Assembly (NCBI GenBank): GCA_964521805.1
Contig: CAZFSE010000039.1
Coordinates: 1 to 17,261 of the forward strand
Origin: an uncultured Verrucomicrobiota bacterium
GTDB taxonomy: Bacteria > Verrucomicrobiota > Kiritimatiellia > CAIQIC01 > GWF2-57-35
Direction: 5' to 3'
DNA length: 17,261 bases
The notes under the pieces are model-generated. The model was not told the DNA's origin and did not search any database. It saw only the letters and a list, made by a program, of their open reading frames with translations. The position numbers and the translations under genes are program-made. Positions 8,387-15,762 of this stretch are shown here, piece after piece. The first letter of the stretch is position 1; each line of letters opens with the position of its first letter.

Positions 8387-8995
8387 TTAAGGCGCCCGGA
8401 CCACTTCAATGATCTCCACCGTTTCCGCCGGCACGTCGCTCATGCCCGCCTGCCGCCCTGTCTTGACGGCCCGAATCTGATCCACCACGTCCAGGCCTTC
8501 CACCACCTGGCCAAACACGCAGTAGCCAAATCCCTGCGGGTTGGGGGCGGTGTGGTTCAGAAATTCGTTGTCCACCACGTTGATGAAGAACTGGCTGGTG
8601 GCGCTGTCAATGACGCCGGTGCGGGCCATGGCGATCGAGCCCCGCTTGTTTTTCAGCCCGTTGGCGGCCTCGTTCTTGACGGGCGACCGCGTGGGTTTTT
8701 GCTCCATCTCCTTGGTGAATCCGCCCCCTTGAATCATGAAATTGGCAATGACGCGGTGAAAGATGGTTCCGTTGTAATGCCCGTCATCCACATACTTCAA
8801 AAAGTTTTCGACGGTGAGGGGGGCGCTTTTGGGATCGAGTTCGATCTTAATGTCGCCCTTGGATGTTTTCATGATGACCATGGGATTGCTCTCCTGTGGG
8901 GTGGTTTCTTCTGTTTCTTTGACTTCTTCCGCCAGCCCATTGCAAGCCAGCAGTGCCGCCAGTCCGGTGGCGGCCAGTGTTCTGATGTATGTCAT
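8387..8995 (-). CDS. Cyclophilin-type peptidyl-prolyl cis-trans isomerase, exported (lipoprotein-like signal)
   Basis: The protein contains cyclophilin motifs: HRVIANFMIQGGGF, GSIAMAR and FFIN. An N-terminal signal peptide with a lipobox-like LLAC is present. A strong AGGAGG sequence lies 4 nt before the ATG, on the complement of 9001-9006. Confidence 0.85.
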   Translation of the reverse strand: MTYIRTLAATGLAALLACNGLAEEVKETEETTPQESNPMVIMKTSKGDIKIELDPKSAPLTVENFLKYVDDGHYNGTIFHRVIANFMIQGGGFTKEMEQKPTRSPVKNEAANGLKNKRGSIAMARTGVIDSATSQFFINVVDNEFLNHTAPNPQGFGYCVFGQVVEGLDVVDQIRAVKTGRQAGMSDVPAETVEIIEVVRAP

Positions 8996-9171
8996 GGGAC
9001 CTCCTGAATGCCGCAGTTAACAAAGTCCGGGCATAGTATCTGATTGCCGTGTTTGGCTCAAGTTAGAGTTTTGCAAGGTTTTGCCGCAGAGTTCAGGGGG
9101 TTCCATCTTTCTGCTTGCCGTCAGGGGGGGGACTCGATGAAACTGCGAGCAGGTCGAACAATGTGGCATTC

Positions 9172-10746
9172 ATGTACAGACTTATCTTTTTAAATGGCAA
9201 GCACAAGGGCCGGCGGCTGGTGGTTCATCAGGGTTCCATCCTGATTGGCCGTGATCCGGAATGCCATATCCACCTGGCGGACGACGATGAGGTTTCACGA
9301 CGGCATGCGGTGCTGGAGGAGCGCACGGACGGCATTTATGTCAACGATCCGGGGTCTTTGAACAAGATCCTGGTGAATGACCAGGAGATTCGGGAAGCGC
9401 TCTTGAAGGCCGGCGACATCCTGCAGTTGGGGAAGACGCGCATTCAGTTTCAGGAGGCTGAGCCCTTGCCGCTACAGGAAGAGCGCCGCATCGGGATGAT
9501 TCAGCGGATGACCTTTGCCTCGGTGGCTCTGGTCCTGTTGTTGGAGGCACTTTTCCTGATTGGTCTTTCCGTCTGGCACCAGGAGCAATTTGTGGAAGAA
9601 CGCCCACTGCCGGAGTTGAGTTCCACCTCCGGGGTGGCGGCCGTTTCCGCTGGGGTTGAGAGCAACGTCCTGGAGCTGGCGGACGATCAGGACGCCGACC
9701 TGATGGCGGCGGCGGAACGGCTCAAGCATTTGGAGGAAGATGCCCTTGAACCCGCCCCGCCCGCCGGGCCGGAGACCACCGGGGCGTTGTCATCCGTGTC
9801 GGAGGAACTGCGAAAACTGCGGCAGGACGTGGCGGAGATCCGCGAAAAAGTGCAGGGAATGGCGGTCAGCTCCAATGAGGAGGCCCTGGTCGAGGCGCCG
9901 CCAGAGGAAGATCCTGTCCCGGTGGCCCAGAAGGAGCAGGACGCCCTGGAGGCCCGGGCGCGCCAGATGCTCCAGGAGGCCCAGCTCGACATCCAGCGCA
10001 TGAATTTGATCCAGGCGGACCAGCAGTTGGAGCGCATTCAGATCATGGCGCCGGATTTTCTGCCGGCGTATGTGGAACGGGCCCGCCTGCTGGAGCGCCG
10101 TGGCCTGCTGAAGAAGTCGGGCGAGCAGTGGACCCATGTGATGAACCGGAGCATGGGCACGCCTCTGTACCAGCAGGCCGCCGCGGAGCGCATCCGGATT
10201 TCGCGCCAGGAGATGGTCCAGACGGGGCTGAAGACTTCCGCCCGGTCGGATGACGAGAACGTGCTGGCGAAGCTTCCCCGGCTCATCCGGATCACCGACA
10301 TTGAGCATCAGAAGTTCCCGGGCAACGAGCAGTTCGATGAAATGCGCCTCCTGCGCATTATGGTGAAGGTCAAGCCCGGGGAAAAAGGAATCGTGGGCAA
10401 CGATGTGTATGTGGTGGTGAATTTCTTTGACCGCTCCAAGGAAAGCGGACAAATCAGCCTGTCCGGCGCGGTCGTTCCCAAGGAGGCGCTGACCCTGGAA
10501 GGCCCCCTGGAGGCCGGCGCCCAGCGGACGCTGACCGCCGCCTACATTGTGCCCAAAGGGTTCCGAAAGACCGAGGCCGCGCAACAGGGCGAGGAACGCA
10601 ATTACTTTGGCTATGCCGTGCGGGTGCTTCATCGGGACAGCTTGCAGGACGAAGAGGCCAAGCCGAGGATCTTGCTAAAGGAGCGCATTGAGCCGCCCTC
10701 GTCCAGCCTGCCAGGCCTTCCGGTCAGCCCTCCGCCGGCTTCCTAA
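9172..10746 (+). CDS. FHA-domain membrane protein: N-terminal FHA, one TM helix, an acidic/Ala-Pro-rich coiled-coil region, and a C-terminal uncharacterised beta-rich domain
   Basis: FHA hallmarks (GR...C.I.L....VSRRHA....DG.Y.V.D.GS.N...VN) appear in the first ~100 aa. A hydrophobic segment, MTFASVALVLLLEALFLIGLSVW, follows. The start at ATG 9172 puts the FHA domain about 10 aa from the N-terminus. The upstream TTG/GTG alternatives lack an RBS, so the start is uncertain. Confidence 0.7.
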   Translation: MYRLIFLNGKHKGRRLVVHQGSILIGRDPECHIHLADDDEVSRRHAVLEERTDGIYVNDPGSLNKILVNDQEIREALLKAGDILQLGKTRIQFQEAEPLPLQEERRIGMIQRMTFASVALVLLLEALFLIGLSVWHQEQFVEERPLPELSSTSGVAAVSAGVESNVLELADDQDADLMAAAERLKHLEEDALEPAPPAGPETTGALSSVSEELRKLRQDVAEIREKVQGMAVSSNEEALVEAPPEEDPVPVAQKEQDALEARARQMLQEAQLDIQRMNLIQADQQLERIQIMAPDFLPAYVERARLLERRGLLKKSGEQWTHVMNRSMGTPLYQQAAAERIRISRQEMVQTGLKTSARSDDENVLAKLPRLIRITDIEHQKFPGNEQFDEMRLLRIMVKVKPGEKGIVGNDVYVVVNFFDRSKESGQISLSGAVVPKEALTLEGPLEAGAQRTLTAAYIVPKGFRKTEAAQQGEERNYFGYAVRVLHRDSLQDEEAKPRILLKERIEPPSSSLPGLPVSPPPAS

Positions 10747-11323
10747 ACGAACAGCGCCCAATGGGCGTATGCTGGATGTAGTAGAGCTCGAAATCCGTTT
10801 TTTCCGCCTCTTCCGGTTCAAAGGGCGGAATTTCCTCAAACCGGCGGTCATTTTTCAACACCGCATGGACCTCCTCGAAATAGGGCAGGTGGTCCGTCGC
10901 AAAATGAAGGTCCGCCCCGGGTTTCATGGTGCGAAAGACCGCATCCAGAAAAACGGGATTGAACAACCGGTGGTCGTGGTGGCGCTTTTTGGGCCAGGGG
11001 TCCGGGAAGAAAATGTAGAAGGTGCGGACGGAATTGGGCGGCAGGAGGTAGGCGACCGCGTAGTAGGCGTCCATCCGGAGCAAACGGATGTTGTCCAGGC
11101 CGCGATGGCGGGTCTTGTTGTCCACCTTCCGGATGCGCCGGAGCATCCGGTCAATGCCGAGAAAGTTGGTGTCCCGGTGCGCGGCGGCCCTGGCCAGCAG
11201 AAAGCGGCCCTTCCCACAGCCGACATCCACCTCCAGCGGGCGGGCGTCAAAATACTGCTCCAGCGGAAGGGGCCACAGCCAGTTGTCGGGCACGATCCGC
11301 ACGCTTTCGGTTTTGTTTTGCAT
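10724..11323 (-). CDS. trmB: tRNA (guanine46-N7)-methyltransferase TrmB
   Basis: SAM-binding VDVGCGKGRFL is present, and the TrmB signature FFPDPWPKKRHHDHRLF matches FPDPWxKxRHxKRR. The start is chosen at MQNKTES (11323); the longest ORF to 11635 would run into the divergent mevalonate kinase gene. Confidence 0.85.
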   Translation of the reverse strand: MQNKTESVRIVPDNWLWPLPLEQYFDARPLEVDVGCGKGRFLLARAAAHRDTNFLGIDRMLRRIRKVDNKTRHRGLDNIRLLRMDAYYAVAYLLPPNSVRTFYIFFPDPWPKKRHHDHRLFNPVFLDAVFRTMKPGADLHFATDHLPYFEEVHAVLKNDRRFEEIPPFEPEEAEKTDFELYYIQHTPIGRCSFRKPAEG

Positions 11324-11423
11324 GGCGTTCCGGTCTTTTTGAAGTGACGCAGTGTAAGCGGTGAAATCTGGCGGGTCAACTGTCGGCTGGACTTTATCCA
11401 GGGAAAGCGTAGGCTGATCCCTT

Positions 11424-12428
11424 ATGAAAGCGATTGCTCCAGGCAAATTAATCCTCAGCGGCGAACATGCGGTGGTGTATGGCAAGCCGGCCTTGGTCAC
11501 CGCCATCAACCGGAATGCCCAAGCCATCATTACCCCGGAGGCGGGGGACGCGATTTCCTTTGACCTGCCCGATATCCAGCAGAATGGGTCATTCACCCTG
11601 CGCGCCATCCGCGAGATGGCCAGCCGCGTGGCCAAGAACTACCGCCTGTTTCTGGATGGCGAGCTGGGCATCCGCGAAGTCCTGCACAAGCCGCTCGATT
11701 TGTTTGAGTTTGCCTTTATCACCATCTTGGATGGATTGCACCTGAAAGTGGCCGATGGGCTGAAAATTCAGATGCATTCCAATATCCCCATCGGATGCGG
11801 CATGGGCTCTTCCGCGGCCAGCATCGTGAGCGTCCTGCGGGCGGTCGGCCATTATTTCCGCGTCGAGTTTCGCCCGGACTGGTACTACAAATACAGCCTG
11901 GAGGTGGAAAACCTTCAGCATGGCCATTCCAGCGGGGTGGATTCCTATATTTCCCTGCATGGCGGGTGCGCCCGTTTTCAAAATGGCTCGGCCCAGAAAC
12001 TGCCGCTTCCCCGGGCGCCGATGTTCCTGGTGCAAACTGGCGTGCCGCTGACCACCACCGGCGAGTGTGTCGTTCAGGTGGGCAAAACCTTCGGAAAGAG
12101 CGCCATCTGGGACGATTTTGAGGCTGTCACGCTGGGGTTGGAAAAGGCGCTGGCGCAAAACGATTTGACGGCCATTCAGCAGTGCCTGCGGGAGAACAGC
12201 CGCTTGCTGGCCTCCATCGGCGTGGTCCCGGAACGAGTCCAGGCGTTTGTGGCCGAGGTCGAGCAGTCCGGTGGCGCCGCCAAGGTGTGCGGGGCCGGGG
12301 CCGTGGCGGGCGGCCAAGCTGGCGTGGTGCTGGTGGTGGGCGAGAAGGCCCCGGTGGAAATCTGCAAGAAATATGGGTATGAGCTCATGACGGTCCGTGG
12401 CGAACCTCTGGGCGCCCGAATCGTATAA
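11424..12428 (+). CDS. Mevalonate kinase (GHMP kinase family)
   Basis: N-terminal APGKLILSGEHAVVYG is a classic mevalonate-kinase motif. The GHMP P-loop is PIGCGMGSSAAS. Length is 334 aa. Confidence 0.7.
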   Translation: MKAIAPGKLILSGEHAVVYGKPALVTAINRNAQAIITPEAGDAISFDLPDIQQNGSFTLRAIREMASRVAKNYRLFLDGELGIREVLHKPLDLFEFAFITILDGLHLKVADGLKIQMHSNIPIGCGMGSSAASIVSVLRAVGHYFRVEFRPDWYYKYSLEVENLQHGHSSGVDSYISLHGGCARFQNGSAQKLPLPRAPMFLVQTGVPLTTTGECVVQVGKTFGKSAIWDDFEAVTLGLEKALAQNDLTAIQQCLRENSRLLASIGVVPERVQAFVAEVEQSGGAAKVCGAGAVAGGQAGVVLVVGEKAPVEICKKYGYELMTVRGEPLGARIV

Positions 12429-12442
12429 ACACCGTTTCCCGC

Positions 12443-13375
12443 ATGTCCAAGACCTCCATTCGAGCCTCTGCGCCCGGCAGTCTCATGTTGATGGGCGAGC
12501 ATGCCGTTCTTCATGGCCATCCGTCGCTGGTGTGTGCTGTCAATCGGCGCATGGTCGTGACCCTGTCCTCCCGTTCCGATTCGTTGCTCCATATTCAATC
12601 GGCCCTGGGAGAGTACACAGCGCCCCTGGAGGCGCCGGCCCCTGATCCCCGGTTTCGTTTTGTCCTCGCCGCCCTGGCCCGCCAAAAAGAAGTGCAGGGC
12701 GGGCTTGATCTCGTGATTGAGTCCGAGTTTTCTCACACGGTTGGCCTGGGCTCCTCGGCGGCGGTCACCGTGGCCCTCCAGGCGGCCCTGGACCTGTTCC
12801 TGGGCAAGCCCCTGGATGCGCGCCGGGTGTTTGAGGCCTCCCGAAGCGTGATTCGCGAGGTCCAGGGACTGGGCTCCGGCGCGGATGTCGCGGCCAGCGT
12901 CTATGGCGGCATCGTAGCCTATCGCGCTGATCCGCTGGAGATCGAATCCCTGCTCGCCTCGCATCCCGTCACAGTGATTTATTCAGGCAGTAAAATGCCG
13001 ACCGCCGAGGTGGTGCGGAAGGTTCAGCAACAGCGGGAACAGCGCCCGGAGCTGTTTGATGGCATCTTCAGCCTGATGGGACAGAGCGTCCCGCACGCCG
13101 TAGAGGCCATTCGTGTGGGCGATTGGGCCTCATTCGGCGCCCTGCTCAATCTCAATCAGGGCTTGATGGACGCCCTTGGTGTCAGCAATGCCCGGCTCTC
13201 GGAAATTGTGCACGCACTCCGCTCCGATCCCAACATCCTTGGCGCCAAGATCTCCGGCTCCGGGCTGGGCGATTGCGCCATCGGCCTGGGGGCCTCCGCG
13301 CGGAAGGACTGGCCCTACGAAGTCCTCCCCGTCTCCATCACGAATCGTGGCCTTCTGCAAGACGAACCAGGCTGA
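12443..13375 (+). CDS. Second GHMP kinase, mevalonate-kinase-like (could be a phosphomevalonate-kinase equivalent or an MK paralogue)
   Basis: N-terminal APGSLMLMGEHAVLHG is present and the GHMP P-loop is VGLGSSAAV. It starts 14 nt after the upstream kinase gene. From memory, bacterial ERG8-type PMKs carry GEYA rather than GEHA at this position, so the PMK assignment is not secure. Confidence 0.55.
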   Translation: MSKTSIRASAPGSLMLMGEHAVLHGHPSLVCAVNRRMVVTLSSRSDSLLHIQSALGEYTAPLEAPAPDPRFRFVLAALARQKEVQGGLDLVIESEFSHTVGLGSSAAVTVALQAALDLFLGKPLDARRVFEASRSVIREVQGLGSGADVAASVYGGIVAYRADPLEIESLLASHPVTVIYSGSKMPTAEVVRKVQQQREQRPELFDGIFSLMGQSVPHAVEAIRVGDWASFGALLNLNQGLMDALGVSNARLSEIVHALRSDPNILGAKISGSGLGDCAIGLGASARKDWPYEVLPVSITNRGLLQDEPG

Positions 13376-13602
13376 GGCCCTCCTGGCCTCCCTGCAAAAG
13401 AACAGCTCGCCGCGACGGTTCGCCCCCTCACACACTTACTCGCATACACTTACCCGTGGCATAGGGGGCACGTCTCCAGATTCAACAAATGACATGGGGG
13501 CAGGACCCCAATGGATCAAGTCGAGGCCTCTCCTGCCACCCTCCAGGAGGGCGAACAGGCGCGGGTGCCCTCATGGAGGGCGGCAGGCTCTGCCGCCGGT
13601 GA

Positions 13603-13716
13603 TGCGAAGCGGAGCGCGATTTTTTCCGCTATGCCGGTTTGACCCAGCGGGAGGTCGCTGGCACATTAGGCGTCGGTAGTGGGGCGGCGATCAGTCATCA
13701 GATGAGAAAGCTGAGC
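13603..13716 (+). pseudogene. Fragment resembling the C-terminal region 4 (HTH) of an ECF sigma-70 family factor, with no N-terminal part present
   Basis: The translation ERDFFRYAGLTQREVAGTLGVGSGAAISHQMRKL fits the ECF sigma region 4.2 pattern (ER.VF.LRY..GL...EIA..LG...GTVKSRL.RAR). An in-frame TGA lies immediately upstream at 13600-13602, and only about 225 nt separates it from the preceding gene. The fragment is in frame with the downstream amidinotransferase ORF, probably by chance. Confidence 0.3.
13618..13645. repeat. Left copy of an imperfect direct repeat flanking the low-G+C islet (gattttttccgctatgccggtttgacc)
   Basis: It pairs with 15106-15133, gattttctttccgcaatcggtttcaatg, sharing the blocks gatttt / ccgc / ggttt in the same order. 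Similarity is roughly 65-70% with small gaps, and could be chance. Confidence 0.25.
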
Positions 13717-13890
13717 TCGTGTATTGAGAACGACCAGTCGCTGAAACGATCCGTCAAGGATATTGAACGTCGGATGGATTGGCAGAGGGGAAAGAAGGAA
13801 AACAATATGCTAAGTACTAAACTCAGGGTGCCCCCAATACCGCCGCCGCCGAAAAGAAAACCTGCCGGTCTGCGCCGGCTTAGTTCAACC

Positions 13891-13896
13891 AGGAGA
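13891..13896 (+). promoter_or_regulatory. Shine-Dalgarno sequence AGGAGA, 6 nt upstream of the amidinotransferase ATG
   Basis: aggagagatgtcATG, read directly from the sequence. Confidence 0.6.
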
Positions 13897-13902
13897 GATG
13901 TC

Positions 13903-15039
13903 ATGAAAAATGTGATCGTAGTTTTATACACGTTGCTAGCGTTCGGATGGTTTCCAGTTTCCACCCGATCAGCAAACGCAGTGGAACCTTCTGTTTGTGT
14001 AGATTACGAATATGGCGATCTGAAGGAGGTGATTGTCGGCCTGCCGTATGGCATGTCGCCTTCGCTGGAAGCGAAATGGTTTGCCGACGCGCTCAAAGTA
14101 CTGCCAAAAGATGAAGCGGATTACGCCCGGCAGACAGCGGGGATGCTCTGGACGGAGATGATCAATCCCGAAACGGAGAAAAGCGAGACGATGATGCTGG
14201 AAGAGGAAAATCAGGCTTTCATCAAAATTTTAAAGTCTCTGGGCGTCAAGATTTACCGTCCGACGGAGATTACCGTCGACTTTATCAGAAAACATTACGG
14301 ATCGGATGTGCTGCTCAATGGTTTCAGTCAGGACTTTCCTCGCGACAACATGGCCGTGATCGGCAACAACGTCATCGAGTTCAATTTGCGGACACCGATT
14401 CGCAAGGTGGATATATCCGGATTCCGGGATATTCTGTCTGAAAAATGTTTCGACTCGACGGTCAAGTGGTTTTCCATGCCGCACACGGAACTTCTTAAGC
14501 CCGCTCGTGCAGATTCACCGTTTCTGGAAGGCGGCGACGTCATCGTGCTGGGTAGAACCGTTTTAGTCGGCAATACAGAAAATCCCAGCGTAGGATCCAA
14601 TGAGGCCGGCTACAAGTGGCTCAAAAACATTTTAGGCGATCAATATAAGGTGAAACGCGTTCGGCTTGTAGAAAGCGTGCTACATCTGGATTGCGTGCTT
14701 TCCGTGCCGCGCAGTGGGCTCGCCATCATCTGCGAAGAAGCATTCATCGACGGCTTGCCCGAAGAGATCAAGGACTGGGACCTGATCAGAGTGAGCTTGG
14801 AAGATGTCAAGCGACTGGCCGTCAACGGCCTTCCCGTCAATTCCAAGAACTACATTTTGTCTTATAACCGGCACAATGACAACCGCTACATCCAGGCCGA
14901 GCTCGAAAAGCGGGACATCAGAGTCCACCGCGTGTTTTTCGGAACCCACAATGGCCAGGGGGGATCGTTGCGCTGTGCGACCCAGCCTCTTAAGCGAACG
15001 GTCAAGATGACGAAAGCGCGCGAAAGTCAAAGAAAGTGA
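13903..15039 (+). CDS. Amidinotransferase of the AGAT/StrB1 family (L-arginine:glycine/inosamine amidinotransferase-like, guanidino-group-modifying enzyme superfamily) with a predicted N-terminal Sec signal peptide
   Basis: Block-wise resemblance to glycine amidinotransferase: DLKEVIVG corresponds to the NEWDPLEEVIVG block, and ILKSLGVKIYRP to ILKTEGVTVRRP. FPRDNMAVIGNNVIEF corresponds to MPRDILIVVGNEIIEA. The catalytic His and Cys blocks LHLDCV and GQGGSLRCATQ correspond to MHIDATF and GGGFHCWTCD. The N-terminus MKNVIVVLYTLLAFGWFPVSTRSANA-VEP has a K-containing n-region, a hydrophobic core and an AXA site. A strong RBS is present. The gene lies in the low-G+C segment. Confidence 0.75.
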   Translation: MKNVIVVLYTLLAFGWFPVSTRSANAVEPSVCVDYEYGDLKEVIVGLPYGMSPSLEAKWFADALKVLPKDEADYARQTAGMLWTEMINPETEKSETMMLEEENQAFIKILKSLGVKIYRPTEITVDFIRKHYGSDVLLNGFSQDFPRDNMAVIGNNVIEFNLRTPIRKVDISGFRDILSEKCFDSTVKWFSMPHTELLKPARADSPFLEGGDVIVLGRTVLVGNTENPSVGSNEAGYKWLKNILGDQYKVKRVRLVESVLHLDCVLSVPRSGLAIICEEAFIDGLPEEIKDWDLIRVSLEDVKRLAVNGLPVNSKNYILSYNRHNDNRYIQAELEKRDIRVHRVFFGTHNGQGGSLRCATQPLKRTVKMTKARESQRK

Positions 15040-15105
15040 AGACAAGGGGTGGGGGGGCACTCATTAGAGGATTCGGTAAAGAAATAGAACGTGTTCATAA
15101 AGCTG

Positions 15106-15133
15106 GATTTTCTTTCCGCAATCGGTTTCAATG
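15106..15133. repeat. Right copy of the imperfect direct repeat flanking the low-G+C islet
   Basis: See the left copy at 13618-13645. This copy lies between the amidinotransferase stop and the nfeD-like gene start. Confidence 0.25.
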
Positions 15134-15156
15134 TCCGTTGTAACCGGGAGGATTTG

Positions 15157-15729
15157 ATGACTGAATTCTTTGGATCGCTGACCACGGTGGAAAAAATCTA
15201 TGCGGCGTGCGCCCTTTTTGGGGGCATTCTTTTTGTGATTCGCACGGTGCTGATGTTTTTGGGGCATGATGGCGCCGATGACCTGGGTGGAGACGTCAGC
15301 GACGTTCATGGGGGCGACGCGGATGCAAGTTTCAAGGCGCTTTCCCTGCAAAGCCTGACGGCCTTTTTCATGATGTTTGGCCTGGTGGCGATGACCTTGT
15401 CAAAGCAGACCGGGGTGGGGCATGGCTGGGCGATTCTGGGGGGCGTGCTGGCGGGGCTGTTCACGGTCTGGGTGATTGGCCGGCTGTTTCTCGGGATGAA
15501 AAAATTGCAGTCGGATGGAACGTTGCGCGTGGAGAATGCAATAGGTCAGGAGGGGGAGGTTTACCTGACCGTGGCGCCTGGCAAGACCGGGCAGGTGCGG
15601 GTGAGCGTGCAGGGGCAGTTGAGGGTGTTCGACGCCGCCACCGAGGGCGCGGCGGAATTGAAGACCGGCACCCGCATCCGCGTGGTGCGCGTCACCGGTG
15701 GAAATGTCTTGATGATCGAAAAAGTGTAA
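15157..15729 (+). CDS. NfeD-like membrane protein (YuaF/YqiJ type, stomatin/flotillin operon partner) with a C-terminal OB-fold-like domain
   Basis: The protein has N-terminal TM helices, an acidic D/G-rich loop, further TM segments, and then a C-terminal G.EG.V...V.PGKTGQVRV..QGQ......A....I..GTRIRVV.V.G..L.IE.V pattern typical of NfeD short homologues. GGGAGG lies 5 nt before the ATG. It is followed within 33 nt by the flotillin gene. Confidence 0.7.
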   Translation: MTEFFGSLTTVEKIYAACALFGGILFVIRTVLMFLGHDGADDLGGDVSDVHGGDADASFKALSLQSLTAFFMMFGLVAMTLSKQTGVGHGWAILGGVLAGLFTVWVIGRLFLGMKKLQSDGTLRVENAIGQEGEVYLTVAPGKTGQVRVSVQGQLRVFDAATEGAAELKTGTRIRVVRVTGGNVLMIEKV

Positions 15730-15762
15730 GCAAGAGAGCAAGCAACCAAGGGAGTGTGCAGT

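Larger units (their letters stand above)
13690..15060. other. Compositionally distinct (visibly lower G+C) segment, a candidate horizontally acquired single-gene islet
   Basis: By eye, G+C drops from about 13690 and recovers after about 15060. G+C was not computed. Confidence 0.45.

Noticed and set aside
9790-10632. 280-aa minus-strand ORF inside the FHA gene
   Set aside because: It is an antisense shadow ORF. The plus frame has the FHA domain and a coherent architecture.
13376-13640. Looked for a tRNA/tmRNA gene or integrase at the islet boundary
   Set aside because: No T-arm consensus (GTTCGAATC-like) or cloverleaf-compatible sequence was seen, and no recombinase ORF is present.
13511-13642. 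44-codon ORF MDQVEASPATLQEGEQARVPSWRAAGSAAGDAKRSAIFSAMPV, a possible N-terminal part of the sigma-like gene
   Set aside because: It has no recognisable sigma region-2 features and is too short. It may be non-coding, and only a frameshift at the T6 tract would join it to the region-4-like frame.
13698-13964. 88-aa and 126-aa (14680..15060) minus-strand ORFs in the low-G+C islet
   Set aside because: They are antisense to the amidinotransferase gene and its leader, with no RBS or motif, and are likely spurious.
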